64,000 nt of DNA, from contig JAJVIP010000011.1 of NCBI GenBank assembly GCA_022072025.1, positions 81,200 to 145,199 of the forward strand, read 5' to 3'. The position numbers and the translations under genes were made by a program. This document shows positions 1 to 9,392 of this stretch, in pieces; positions within the stretch are counted from its first letter, which is position 1, and each line of letters begins with the position of its first letter. Under the pieces are notes generated by a model. That model did not search any database, was not told the origin of the DNA, and saw only the letters and a program-made list of their open reading frames with translations. The DNA is from Elusimicrobiota bacterium. Its GTDB lineage: Bacteria > Elusimicrobiota > Elusimicrobia > F11.

Positions 1-601
1 AGGGGTTCTCCACATCACAAAGAACATAAATTCTTGCGCGCCGTAACCGCGGGTCCAAACCTTGAAAATCCACACGGTCGAGTTTCTGCAAATCTTTGGG
101 TTTCGCCGATATGCTTCGTCCGGTATGACCATAATAACGCAGGCCCAAGGCCTGGAGGGCGCCAGCCCCTCCATCAGAACAAGCGGTCCCGCCCACCCCC
201 ATCAAAATCTCTTTGCAATCGTGATCCAACGCCGCTTTAATCAACTGTCCTGTGCCGTAACTTGTGGCTTCCATGATTCTGTTTTTTCCACGAATCAGAG
301 CCAATCCGGAGGCCCGCGCCATTTCTATGACAGCTCGCCGCGGACGACTTTTTGTTTCCTCAATCAAAGCCCAAGATGCTTTCACTTTTCGTCCCAAGGG
401 GCCTTCCACCCATGTGAATTTTTTTGTTCCATCCAAGGCATGGGTTAAAACATCCAAGGTTCCGTCACCCCCATCGGCCAAAGGTAAAAATATTAAGGTG
501 GCTTTCGGAAATTGTTCTCGAACCGACCGGCCCATCAGCCGAGCCGCTTGAGAAGGAGTCAACGTGCCCTTAAAGGCTGTGGGACTTAAAAGAATACGCA
601 A
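1..601 (-). CDS. glxK: Glycerate kinase (runs off the left edge; not in the ORF track)
   Basis: Manual translation from TTG at 601: LRILLSPTAFKGTLTP...PLADGGDGT...VIEMARASGL...ATSYGTGQLIKAALD...GVGGTACSDGGAG...LCDVENP, the GlxK/GarK signature motifs. Confidence 0.88.
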   Translation of the reverse strand, partial: MRILLSPTAFKGTLTPSQAARLMGRSVREQFPKATLIFLPLADGGDGTLDVLTHALDGTKKFTWVEGPLGRKVKASWALIEETKSRPRRAVIEMARASGLALIRGKNRIMEATSYGTGQLIKAALDHDCKEILMGVGGTACSDGGAGALQALGLRYYGHTGRSISAKPKDLQKLDRVDFQGLDPRLRRARIYVLCDVENP

Positions 602-604
602 GAG

Positions 605-1120
605 TTAAGCGGCCAAACGTTTCTTAAGAGACCGAGCTCCCACCGCCAAAATGGAATGACTGGCCAGCCATTCCTGGACTATGGCCTCCCATTGTTTCTG
701 GCAATAGACATGCCACCGATTGTTTTCTTCAATATGTTCTTTAAGAAGTTGTTTAAACCGTCGACACGATTCTCGACCTCTCAACGAACCCACAAGTTTC
801 TCCCGAAGTTTGGCGCCGCGAACCGTTTGGCAAAACTCCAGCATCCAACGGTGTTCGGGACGTCCAAACGCCTCGGGAATTCGAACATAGTCTTTGCTTC
901 CCAAGACAATGATTTCTCTTGCCAAGGGAATCAATGCCTGTTCCCAGCAGGGAACAGAATCATGCGCGTCTTCACTTCGCTCGGCGATCACGCGAATTAA
1001 AACCCGAGATAAACTTAAAACCCGGCCTGAATTTTTGTGGAAAAAATAGTCATTGGACTCACGGCATACATCCCGCATCGATTGAGCAACCATGTCATAA
1101 TCAACAGTGAGCGCTTTCAT
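605..1120 (-). CDS. UPF0158 family protein
   Basis: YFFHKNSGRV...YVRIPE...WMLEFCQTV...LREKL...RFKQLL...WL pattern resembles UPF0158. Confidence 0.65.
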   Translation of the reverse strand: MKALTVDYDMVAQSMRDVCRESNDYFFHKNSGRVLSLSRVLIRVIAERSEDAHDSVPCWEQALIPLAREIIVLGSKDYVRIPEAFGRPEHRWMLEFCQTVRGAKLREKLVGSLRGRESCRRFKQLLKEHIEENNRWHVYCQKQWEAIVQEWLASHSILAVGARSLKKRLAA

Positions 1121-1706
1121 GGGTTCTTTCCTCCTCTAGAAATAAGTGTGACTTCAAAATTTTCAGATGTTCAACTGTTTCGGGTATTTTTCGAGGATCT
1201 CTCAGCAAATAGGCTGGATGGTAAAGCAAGAAAAACTTGGCCTGTGGATATTTCGCTAAGTTAAAAAACCGACCCACCCGTTCTTTCATGCCCCGCCCTT
1301 TTTCCTCTGGCATCAAATGTTTGGCGGCAGTGGCCCCCAACAAAACCACCACCTGGGGCCGAACATGTTGGATTTGCCATTCCAGGTAAGGCCGACAATT
1401 GTCCGCCTCGTGGGAGGTTGGTGGACGATTGTTGGGCGGACGACACTTGACCACATTGACAATCAACATATCTCGATTGGTGTCGAGATCAATGGCCGCC
1501 ATGAGCTTATCGAGTAGTCCCCCCGCTCGTCCCACGAAAGCCTTTCCTAGAAAATCTTCTTTTTCACCGGGGGCTTCCCCAATGATCATTAATTTCGCGT
1601 CGGAGTTACCTCGGTCGACAACGATGTGTTGACGATCCCGGCACAAGTCAGGGCATTTGGCGCACTGAGATTCCATGAGTCGATTTTTAAATTCAACGTA
1701 GTCCAT
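1101..1706 (-). CDS. Uracil-DNA glycosylase, family 4 (Fe-S)
   Basis: CxxC near the N-terminus, IIGEAPG, FVGRAG, NVVKCRPPNNR, YHPAYLLR. Confidence 0.93.
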   Translation of the reverse strand: MDYVEFKNRLMESQCAKCPDLCRDRQHIVVDRGNSDAKLMIIGEAPGEKEDFLGKAFVGRAGGLLDKLMAAIDLDTNRDMLIVNVVKCRPPNNRPPTSHEADNCRPYLEWQIQHVRPQVVVLLGATAAKHLMPEEKGRGMKERVGRFFNLAKYPQAKFFLLYHPAYLLRDPRKIPETVEHLKILKSHLFLEEERTHESAHC

Positions 1707-2574
1707 GACACAACTTTTGAAAATTGCACCGCTGACAGGTTAGAGAGGAATTGGGAAACGGCAGAGAAAAGGGATCGGATGGGAAATTTCTTTTGGTCTC
1801 TTCGAGCAGCGTGGATTCTTCTTCTATTTTAAGATGGGTGTTGATGAGGGCATCTTCATTGACGGTTGCATGAAAGGTCTGCCCTGTGAGCATGGACACG
1901 GCACATGCATTAATTTGTTCAGGCTCGGCCCCCCACACCTCATGGGCATAAAGTGCGGCCACCAGCAGCGAGGGTTCCGCCTCTGTGATGGAATTCGAGG
2001 TTTTCCAATCAATCAAGAAAAATTTGCCTTCTGTTTCTATGGCACAGTCAATTTTCACATAGGCCTTTATTCCATTCACATCAAATTCCAATAGCTCATC
2101 GACCACTTTCCAACATTCAGGCCCCAGTCCCGACAAACGTTTCAACCAATTGGATTGCGTAAACCAACGAAGGCTCTTCTCCACTGTATCCCAATGCCCG
2201 CGCCAAACTTCAGGTGCGATTTTCATTTCATATTCATGCTCTCTCAGGCGGCCCTCGGCCCCCTGCCCCTCACGAGAAGCCTTATACTGAACTCTCATCT
2301 TGTCTTTCAGGTTTTCAATAAGCCCTTCCGTTGAAGGAAGAGCGTTCCCCTGACGAAGGGTTTTAAGCAGTTCTCCCACCGCTTCGTGAATAAAGGACCC
2401 TGTCCACAAATGGCGGTTCTTTAGTTTTTTAAGAGCGGCGGCCTGTCCATAAACGGGGTCCACGCTCGCGTCGCGGGTCGCTTTCATGTGAAGAGCCAAC
2501 TTGCGAGAACATTCTTTGAGCATGTCCACTTGGGACCTGGACCACAGGGGCCGATCGGCCAATTCAACACTCAT
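1693..2574 (-). CDS. PD-(D/E)XK nuclease, AddB/Cas4-like, with a four-cysteine Fe-S staple
   Basis: WSxS...C N-terminal motif, GSFIH, KID...LIDWKT catalytic motif, C-terminal CQRCNFQKLC. Confidence 0.8.
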   Translation of the reverse strand: MSVELADRPLWSRSQVDMLKECSRKLALHMKATRDASVDPVYGQAAALKKLKNRHLWTGSFIHEAVGELLKTLRQGNALPSTEGLIENLKDKMRVQYKASREGQGAEGRLREHEYEMKIAPEVWRGHWDTVEKSLRWFTQSNWLKRLSGLGPECWKVVDELLEFDVNGIKAYVKIDCAIETEGKFFLIDWKTSNSITEAEPSLLVAALYAHEVWGAEPEQINACAVSMLTGQTFHATVNEDALINTHLKIEEESTLLEETKRNFPSDPFSLPFPNSSLTCQRCNFQKLCHGLR

Positions 2575-4880
2575 GGTTTTTTTCTCACGCGAATCGGGTA
2601 GAGGTCCAAAGCTGAATCACGCCATTGGCCGCGACGGTTGTCATGGGCCTCTTTTTCAGCGGCAATAAGGTCAGGGAGATAGCTTTCTTCATTGGGCAAA
2701 GTGGACACCAAAGCCAGCCCTTGTTTCACCAGTTCTTGGTTCACAAAAATTCCATCCACGAACACATAGGCCAACCACACCCCATCTATGTCCCGCTCTT
2801 GAAGGCCATATTTAAATTGAACTTCTTTTTTTTCAACCCAAGCGCGATTGGCGGACATCGCCTCAATGGCATGAAGGCTTCCTTTTTTGGGGACAATGAC
2901 GCCCAAATAACGAACCCGGGTCCCATCCTCCAGCTGAATCAAATTGGAATCTAGAACCCGCCGCACCGTGCCCCAATAAGGACGCGCCAACAACGGCGAC
3001 AATACCGCCAGGGAAACAAAAATGAACGCTGAAAAACCTCGAAAAATTTTCTTCCAGAAACCAGGGCGGCTTTGGTGAGGTTGAGCCGGGGAAGGCGCCG
3101 ACGCGGGAAGAGGTTGAGGAACAACAACAGAATTCGCCGAACGCTGAACACAGGGAACCGTAAATGAAAACAAACTGCCCGTTCCGCTCGTTGGGGGCGG
3201 ACTATGTACCCATAACTTTCCTTTGTGTAAATCCACCAAGGCCTGACAAATACTGAGACCGAGGCCTGTTCCGCGAATATCTAATTTTTCATTTGGTTTG
3301 AGTTGCACAAACCGATCAAAAATTCGTTTTTGGTCTTCCTTGGATATTCCGGGTCCCGTGTCTTCAACTTCAACAACGATCATGTTTTTCCCGGACTCTT
3401 CATACCGTTTGGCTCTCACCATTACTTTTCCCCCTGAAGGCGTAAACTTAATGGCATTTGAAATGAGATTGTTGACCACTTGCAGAATGCGATCCGAATC
3501 AACAAAAGCGGGAGGGATTTCTTCAATTTGTTGATACTCCACGTGAATTCCCCGGCCCTTGGACCATGTTTCCATGCTCACGGTGGCTTCCTTAAGAAGT
3601 GGTTCGAGCTCCACAACCTGGGGGCGAATGTCCATTTTCCCTGATTCCATTTTTGAAAAATCCAATAAATCATCAATAAGACGTGACAACCGGTCTACAT
3701 TTCTAACCGCCATGGAAAGCATTTTCTTTTGATCTTGAGTGACAGGACCAGCCGATTCTTCGAGAATGGCATTGACGGATAATTTCAATGCATGCACCGG
3801 CGCTCGCAGGTCATGAGTGACGTTCGCCATAAATTCATTTTGTAAACGTGTCAGCTCTTTTTGTTTCGTCACATCCGATAACACCGACACCATTCCTATG
3901 ATGCGGCCATTGGTATCTTGAACTGTGGCAGAACTGGCGCGAAGAGTTTTTTTGGCTTCTTGAGAGCCTAAAACTTGAACTTCTCGGGTGAGAGGGCGAT
4001 CGGTGGGGACGGTAAGATCCTTGGCCAGGGCCACCATTTGTTCCTCCCGAATGCCCTCCCACAAAGGCCGGCCCACACTTTCCCCCAATTTAACGCCATA
4101 AATCGATTCCGCCGCGGAGTTCATAAGCAACACTTTGCCTGTTTCGTCCACCACCACGACGCCTTCGGCGGTTTCTCCTATAACACTCTCGGTGCGGATC
4201 TGCTCATTGGTCAGGCGGGTTTTTTCCTGATTAAATTCCACCACCACTTTTTCAACCGCTCGATCAATTTGGTCTTTGACAAGATCCAAGGCGCGAGACA
4301 ACAATCGCCCCCGATCCGCCGGATCCAGAACAGATTTTTCGATTAATTTCTTGAGAAGATCCTGTAGGGGAAGGGTTTCAAAATCCTTTAAGCCTCCTTC
4401 TGCTCCCAGACCTCCAAGCGCGCCCATATCTTCTTTTTTCGTAACAGCATCGTCTTCGCCAATTTTGGCGTAACGGGCCTCGTTTAGTTTGATATGGGTT
4501 ACTTGCTGGGAGTCCAAAAACTCCGCCGCTTTAAGATTTGTTCGACGCATATCAGACGCGGAGGCCAACCGGAAGAAAGGAATCATTTCCGAGAGCGGAA
4601 TACCGCGAAGGAACGTGAGGGAATGGAGATTGTGAACTGTCAACAATTGCAAGAAGGGACGAAGTGACACATCGGGAGCATCGGTGGGTTTTTTTCCATT
4701 AACGATTAGTTTGGATTCATTGTTGGCCACCACCAGTTCTGAATCTTGGGCGAGCAATACCCCCAAAAGTCGATGAGATTCTTCAACCGCCCCTTTAACG
4801 GAAGGATGGTCAGGAGAATAGAGGGTCATTTGAGCCAACGTACGGCCTGTGGTTAAGAGAAATTCAGATAAATCGCTCAC
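2571..4880 (-). CDS. PAS sensor histidine kinase with a C-terminal hydrophobic helix and thermonuclease (SNase)-like domain
   Basis: PAS (EGVVVVDETGKVLLMNSAAE), H-box FMANVTHDLRAP, N-box NLISNAIKFT, G1 DTGPGI, G2 GTGLGL; then a hydrophobic helix and SNase-like WLAYVFVDGIFVNQELVKQGLA...AEKEAHDNRRGQW. Confidence 0.85.
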   Translation of the reverse strand: MSDLSEFLLTTGRTLAQMTLYSPDHPSVKGAVEESHRLLGVLLAQDSELVVANNESKLIVNGKKPTDAPDVSLRPFLQLLTVHNLHSLTFLRGIPLSEMIPFFRLASASDMRRTNLKAAEFLDSQQVTHIKLNEARYAKIGEDDAVTKKEDMGALGGLGAEGGLKDFETLPLQDLLKKLIEKSVLDPADRGRLLSRALDLVKDQIDRAVEKVVVEFNQEKTRLTNEQIRTESVIGETAEGVVVVDETGKVLLMNSAAESIYGVKLGESVGRPLWEGIREEQMVALAKDLTVPTDRPLTREVQVLGSQEAKKTLRASSATVQDTNGRIIGMVSVLSDVTKQKELTRLQNEFMANVTHDLRAPVHALKLSVNAILEESAGPVTQDQKKMLSMAVRNVDRLSRLIDDLLDFSKMESGKMDIRPQVVELEPLLKEATVSMETWSKGRGIHVEYQQIEEIPPAFVDSDRILQVVNNLISNAIKFTPSGGKVMVRAKRYEESGKNMIVVEVEDTGPGISKEDQKRIFDRFVQLKPNEKLDIRGTGLGLSICQALVDLHKGKLWVHSPPPTSGTGSLFSFTVPCVQRSANSVVVPQPLPASAPSPAQPHQSRPGFWKKIFRGFSAFIFVSLAVLSPLLARPYWGTVRRVLDSNLIQLEDGTRVRYLGVIVPKKGSLHAIEAMSANRAWVEKKEVQFKYGLQERDIDGVWLAYVFVDGIFVNQELVKQGLALVSTLPNEESYLPDLIAAEKEAHDNRRGQWRDSALDLYPIRVRKKP

Positions 4881-5551
4881 AACAAATCCTCGCCTTGGGT
4901 CAGATCACGGAAAAGATAATCGGGCGCTCCGGTTTCCAATTGTTCGAGAGATACCTGTCCAGTGGCCACCGCAACGGATTTGAACCTGGCCCGTTTGGCG
5001 GCCGAAACATCCAACAGGGTATCGCCAATAATAAAAACATCCTCATCTTTGATTTGTTGTTGGGTCCTTTCTTGCGCACGTTTGTGACCCCATCGCAAAA
5101 CCTCGGCTCGATCTTCCGCATCAGACCCAAAACCGCCAAATGGGAAGAACGAATTGAGCCGTGTGGATCCCAACTTAAGGCGAGCGCCCTTTTCTAAATT
5201 TCCCGTTCCCAAACCGGCCACAATGTCACTGCGAGAAGCGACCTTCTCAATAAAATATTCCACTCCTTTTAACACACGGGTTTGAGCTTGTTTCATTTCT
5301 GTTTCCAAGTGGGCAAGATAGGTTTGTGCGATGGATTCAATTTCTTCTTGGGAAGCATCGCGTTCAAAAAAAAATTTAACGATTTCTCGAAAAATGGCGG
5401 GGTCTGTTTTTCCACTGGGGTTAATTCGAGTATCGGCATTTGAGAGCCCATAGAGTTCTTGAAAAGCTTTGCTTAGTGCCCGCAGGCCCGCCCCACCTGT
5501 GGAGACAAGTGTCCCATCCAAATCGAAAAGAAATAGGCGTAAAGAAGTCAT
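4877..5551 (-). CDS. HAD-superfamily hydrolase (phosphoglycolate phosphatase-like)
   Basis: FDLDGTL motif I, GTGN motif II, IIGDTLLDV motif IV. Confidence 0.88.
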   Translation of the reverse strand: MTSLRLFLFDLDGTLVSTGGAGLRALSKAFQELYGLSNADTRINPSGKTDPAIFREIVKFFFERDASQEEIESIAQTYLAHLETEMKQAQTRVLKGVEYFIEKVASRSDIVAGLGTGNLEKGARLKLGSTRLNSFFPFGGFGSDAEDRAEVLRWGHKRAQERTQQQIKDEDVFIIGDTLLDVSAAKRARFKSVAVATGQVSLEQLETGAPDYLFRDLTQGEDLL

Positions 5552-5570
5552 GGTCTCGACGAGGATCTTA

Positions 5571-6998
5571 TCATTTCGGAACGGTTTTCAATTTTTCCTC
5601 CCATTGGCACGCCAACTCAAAATCCCCCCTTTTTAAACTTTGATCGATAAGAATTTTCAAAACGGATCGGGCCAGAGGTACGGTTGGTCGGTTCCGTAAT
5701 GCGGTCACATAGGCTTCCTGGGCTTGCCCCCATCGCCCTTGTTGCTGTAGGGCCCCTGCATAGGAGGCCCAAGCAAATGCATTCTGGGGATCTTCTTGAA
5801 CAGACGCAAGCCAAAGCATTTCATCACTTCGCCAGTCTTTCGAGCGTGAAAATGTCAAACCCGCCAATATGAGAAGGACCAAACATCCCAACCATTTCAA
5901 GGTGGAGTGTTTTCCCAACAAAGAAAATCCCAAAGCCACACCGATCATGGGAAGATATAAGAACCGGTCAGCCGCAAAAGTGACCAGGGGAACAAATCCA
6001 CTGTGCGGGGCCCAAAAAACAAGAAATATGATGGATATCAATGATTTTGAATACCATTTCTTTGATTGTCCAAGAACCGGCATCAATAACAATAGGAAGA
6101 TGACCCCCCCGAACCAAAGTCCCATGGTTCCAAATCCAAGAGATTCGGGGGCTTGCACACTGACATTCAGAGAAACCGGCCAAAGAAGGGATTGAGCATA
6201 ATGAGCCAAAGCCACCAACCCGTCTCCCATTGAAACGAACCAAGACTCACTGCGATTCACAGGCTGAGCCCAATGCCCCAAAACCTGACGCCGGATAACC
6301 ATATAGATGAAACCCAGGGCAAACAATGGAACGATTTTCATTCCTTGCCTTGAAGAATTCGTATTTCGACCAATAAAATAAAGAATAACAGGCAGGCCGA
6401 GCGCGGTTTCTTTGGAAAAAAGGGCAATGAGATAACAAAGAAGGGCGCCCATATAATAAAAGGTGCCCTTGTTGGGATTCTTCAGGAATCTGTCCCATAG
6501 AACCAGCGTGCCCAAACATCCCGTGGCGCACATAAGAATAGACCGTTGTGATATCCATACCACACTTTCTACCTGGACAGGATGAAGAAGAAACAATCCC
6601 GTTCCCAAAAAAGCTCCCCACCATTGGCTGCGTTTGGAAAGGAAAACCCAAAGAAGAGTGCCATTCATGAAATGAAGAATGAGATTTACAACGCGAAAAC
6701 AGGCCGGGGTCAGACCACAAAGAACCTTGTTGATAGCAAACGTCAATGTGCTTAATGGACGATAAACATCCATTGGAATCCCACTGGCAGGGGCGGCACT
6801 GGTCAAGGCATCAGAAAAAAATCGTCCCAAGGGGAAGATATGATCCAAAGCAGGATTTTTAACGATGAACCACCAATCGTCATAAACAAAGGAATACCCC
6901 AACGAAGGGAGGTAAACCATCGCGGCCAAAAGGAAGAGAACCCACTTGGCTTTTGCTTCAACATTCATATGCAAAAATTTCAATCTCATAAACAACAT
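5571..6998 (-). CDS. TMTC-like GT-C glycosyltransferase with C-terminal TPR
   Basis: FVYDD, YRPL, LFLLHPVQVESVVWISQR, LFSKE, ADRFLYLP and a TPR-like tail. Start placed at ATG 6998, 6 nt after a TATAAT; the exact start is uncertain. Confidence 0.8.
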   Translation of the reverse strand: MLFMRLKFLHMNVEAKAKWVLFLLAAMVYLPSLGYSFVYDDWWFIVKNPALDHIFPLGRFFSDALTSAAPASGIPMDVYRPLSTLTFAINKVLCGLTPACFRVVNLILHFMNGTLLWVFLSKRSQWWGAFLGTGLFLLHPVQVESVVWISQRSILMCATGCLGTLVLWDRFLKNPNKGTFYYMGALLCYLIALFSKETALGLPVILYFIGRNTNSSRQGMKIVPLFALGFIYMVIRRQVLGHWAQPVNRSESWFVSMGDGLVALAHYAQSLLWPVSLNVSVQAPESLGFGTMGLWFGGVIFLLLLMPVLGQSKKWYSKSLISIIFLVFWAPHSGFVPLVTFAADRFLYLPMIGVALGFSLLGKHSTLKWLGCLVLLILAGLTFSRSKDWRSDEMLWLASVQEDPQNAFAWASYAGALQQQGRWGQAQEAYVTALRNRPTVPLARSVLKILIDQSLKRGDFELACQWEEKLKTVPK

Positions 6999-7004
6999 CC
7001 AGTA

Positions 7005-7012
7005 ATTATAAT
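7005..7012. promoter_or_regulatory. Palindromic bidirectional -10 element ATTATAAT
   Basis: TATAAT on both strands: 7 nt before ATG 7020 (+) and 6 nt before ATG 6998 (-). Confidence 0.55.
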
Positions 7013-7019
7013 GACATAG

Positions 7020-9392
7020 ATGACCACACTCACCCAACCAAAAACCTGGATTGTTCTTCCCGTTTATTGGGATACCGAGTCATTTCTGGAGCTTCGAAAA
7101 AAAATACCCGTGTCCGCTTCCTACCTACTCATTGATGATTCCGCGGGTGAAGATTCGGCCATATCAAAATTAGAAAATGATCCCACGCTGCGTATTCTCA
7201 AATGTCCCCGCAACATGGGTCATCAAAAAGCCCTGGTGTATGGTCTGCGAACTTTGGTTCCCGAATTGGGAGACAATGACATCATCTTAACCATGGACAG
7301 CGATGGCGAGGATAAACCTGAGGATGTTCCTTTGCTTCAGAAGAGGCTGATCGACAACCCAGATAAAATTATTTTGGCTTACCGAACCAAACGAAACGAA
7401 TCCCTACCGTTCAAGATTCTCTACTTTTTCTTTAAGATTTTATTTCGTCTTGCCACAGGCCGTATCATACGTTCAGGAAATTTTGCGGGATTTCGAAGCG
7501 GCTTCATCAAACAATTCTTGGGCCATCCATTCTTTGACCTTTGCTACTCCTCGACACTGTTAAACCTCGGTGTCCCCATTGAATATATTCCGTGCGAAAG
7601 GGGCAGGAGATATCAGGGTTCCTCTCATATGAGTTATCTCAAACTCATTAAACATGGATTTTCAATGATGCTTCCCTTTCGAACTAAAATATATAAAAGG
7701 CTTCGCTTCGCGTTGTTCACCTTATTGGGAATTTTGGTGGGATCGGCCATTTTTTCCCAATCCAACACCTATGATGAACCCTGTTTCATTACGGCGGGAG
7801 TGACTCATGTGGCCACGGGGAAAATCGAATTGGAGACAGTCTATCATCCTCCCCTCCAAAAATATTTGATGGGCCTAGCGGTTTTATCGGCCTTTCCATC
7901 TTTTCCAATGGGGCTTCATCATCTTAGAGAAATAGATCCATTCTTATACGGCCATAGGTTTTTCTATGAAAACCGAATTAAACCGGAATTTCTTTTAGCT
8001 TTGGGCCGCTTACCCACGTTATTTCTATCTCTGCTACTGGCCGGATTATTATTTGCCTGGGCCCAACGTTGGTTCGGAGAAGGGGGCGCCTTGTTGGCTT
8101 TAACCGCTTATATTTTGGAGCCAAATATTCTCGCCCATTCGAGTATCGCTTCTATGGACATCGGGGTCACCGCATTTATGTTTGCGGCCTGTTACTTTTC
8201 GCTAAAGTGGCACGAAGAAAAAAGAAGGCATGATATTTACCTCGCAGGCGCTTTCGCAGGGTTTGCCATGGCCACAAAACTTTCCGGGGCATTCGTTTTT
8301 TTTTGGATTGCGATTCTTCTTTTAACTCTCCCTCTTTTTGACAACGAAAAAAGGTTTGTATTAAAGAAACCTGTTTTTTATTGGACCTTCAGCAAGACTT
8401 TGGTCGCGGTTTTATTTTGCGCTATCGCAATGATTGTTTTGATTTATCAAGTCCGCTATGCGGGAATGTTTTTGGATCTTTTGAAAGGAATGGTGGAAGT
8501 GGTTTTTGGGGACCATCCCACCCAGAGATATCCAAATTTTTTCCATGGCCAGAATAAATGGGGCGGGTGGTGGTATTACTTTCCAATCGCATTTCTTATT
8601 AAAACAACTCTGCCTTGGTTGATCTTACTGGGTTTATCCCTGGCGGTGGTGCCTTGGAAAAAAAAGGGGCCATTGCTTCTATTGTGCGGATCTTTCTTGT
8701 TGGTATGTTCCATTTCCGACAAACACAACGGCCTTCGATATTTTTTACCAGCGTTCCCATTCTTTTGTCTTTTAATCGGAGGGTTGGCGCCTGCTCTCGG
8801 GGCAAAACGCTGGGCCCGTTGGTTCATAAGTGGAATGTTGATGTGGATGGGAATCGAAGTGGGATGCTTGTTCCCCAATTGGTTGACTTATTTTAATCAG
8901 ACGGTCGGTGGGCCGTCACAAGGATACAAATGGTTGGTGGATTGCAACCTTGATTGGGGCCAAAATATGCCACAACTGCGAAGTTATTTAAAGAATCATG
9001 GAAATCCAGAAGTGATTGTGGCCTGTTTTGGAACAGTTAACCATGAATATTATCTGGGACCTCATCAAACATTGATTTTCGATCACAACACAACCAATGG
9101 CCGAACAAAACACATCAACTCTCAATCACCAGAAAGAGAATGGTTGATTGTCAGCGCCACACTTCTTCAAGGTTTTGGTCTGTCAGATCCCAAAGTTTTT
9201 TCTTGGTTGCAACAGAAAACTCCCTTAGCTCAAGTGGCCAACAGTATTTTCATTTATGATGTGACCCATGACGCGGAAAGCCAATTCAAAATTGGCGAAA
9301 TCTATCACCGCAATGGGCAAAGCGCTTATGCCGATCGGCAATTGCAACGCGCCAAAGACATTATTTCCCAATACAAAACTGCCGGAAAATAG
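7020..9392 (+). CDS. Fusion of a GT2 (polyprenol-phosphate glycosyltransferase-like) domain and an ArnT/PMT-type GT-C transferase
   Basis: N-terminal IDDS, RNMGHQKAL, MDSDGED, RGRRYQGSSHMS; C-terminal multi-TM domain with TYDEP, HPPL, TK, RY and DCNLDWGQ. Confidence 0.8.
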   Translation: MTTLTQPKTWIVLPVYWDTESFLELRKKIPVSASYLLIDDSAGEDSAISKLENDPTLRILKCPRNMGHQKALVYGLRTLVPELGDNDIILTMDSDGEDKPEDVPLLQKRLIDNPDKIILAYRTKRNESLPFKILYFFFKILFRLATGRIIRSGNFAGFRSGFIKQFLGHPFFDLCYSSTLLNLGVPIEYIPCERGRRYQGSSHMSYLKLIKHGFSMMLPFRTKIYKRLRFALFTLLGILVGSAIFSQSNTYDEPCFITAGVTHVATGKIELETVYHPPLQKYLMGLAVLSAFPSFPMGLHHLREIDPFLYGHRFFYENRIKPEFLLALGRLPTLFLSLLLAGLLFAWAQRWFGEGGALLALTAYILEPNILAHSSIASMDIGVTAFMFAACYFSLKWHEEKRRHDIYLAGAFAGFAMATKLSGAFVFFWIAILLLTLPLFDNEKRFVLKKPVFYWTFSKTLVAVLFCAIAMIVLIYQVRYAGMFLDLLKGMVEVVFGDHPTQRYPNFFHGQNKWGGWWYYFPIAFLIKTTLPWLILLGLSLAVVPWKKKGPLLLLCGSFLLVCSISDKHNGLRYFLPAFPFFCLLIGGLAPALGAKRWARWFISGMLMWMGIEVGCLFPNWLTYFNQTVGGPSQGYKWLVDCNLDWGQNMPQLRSYLKNHGNPEVIVACFGTVNHEYYLGPHQTLIFDHNTTNGRTKHINSQSPEREWLIVSATLLQGFGLSDPKVFSWLQQKTPLAQVANSIFIYDVTHDAESQFKIGEIYHRNGQSAYADRQLQRAKDIISQYKTAGK

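Noticed and set aside
34..551. Plus-strand ORFs at the left edge, and minus-strand ORF 63554-63886 at the right edge
   Set aside because: They are shadows of glycerate kinase (minus strand) and transaldolase (plus strand), which the ORF track missed because they run off the window.
1693..2574. CRISPR-Cas locus suggested by the Cas4-like gene
   Set aside because: No repeat-spacer array or other cas gene was seen in the window.
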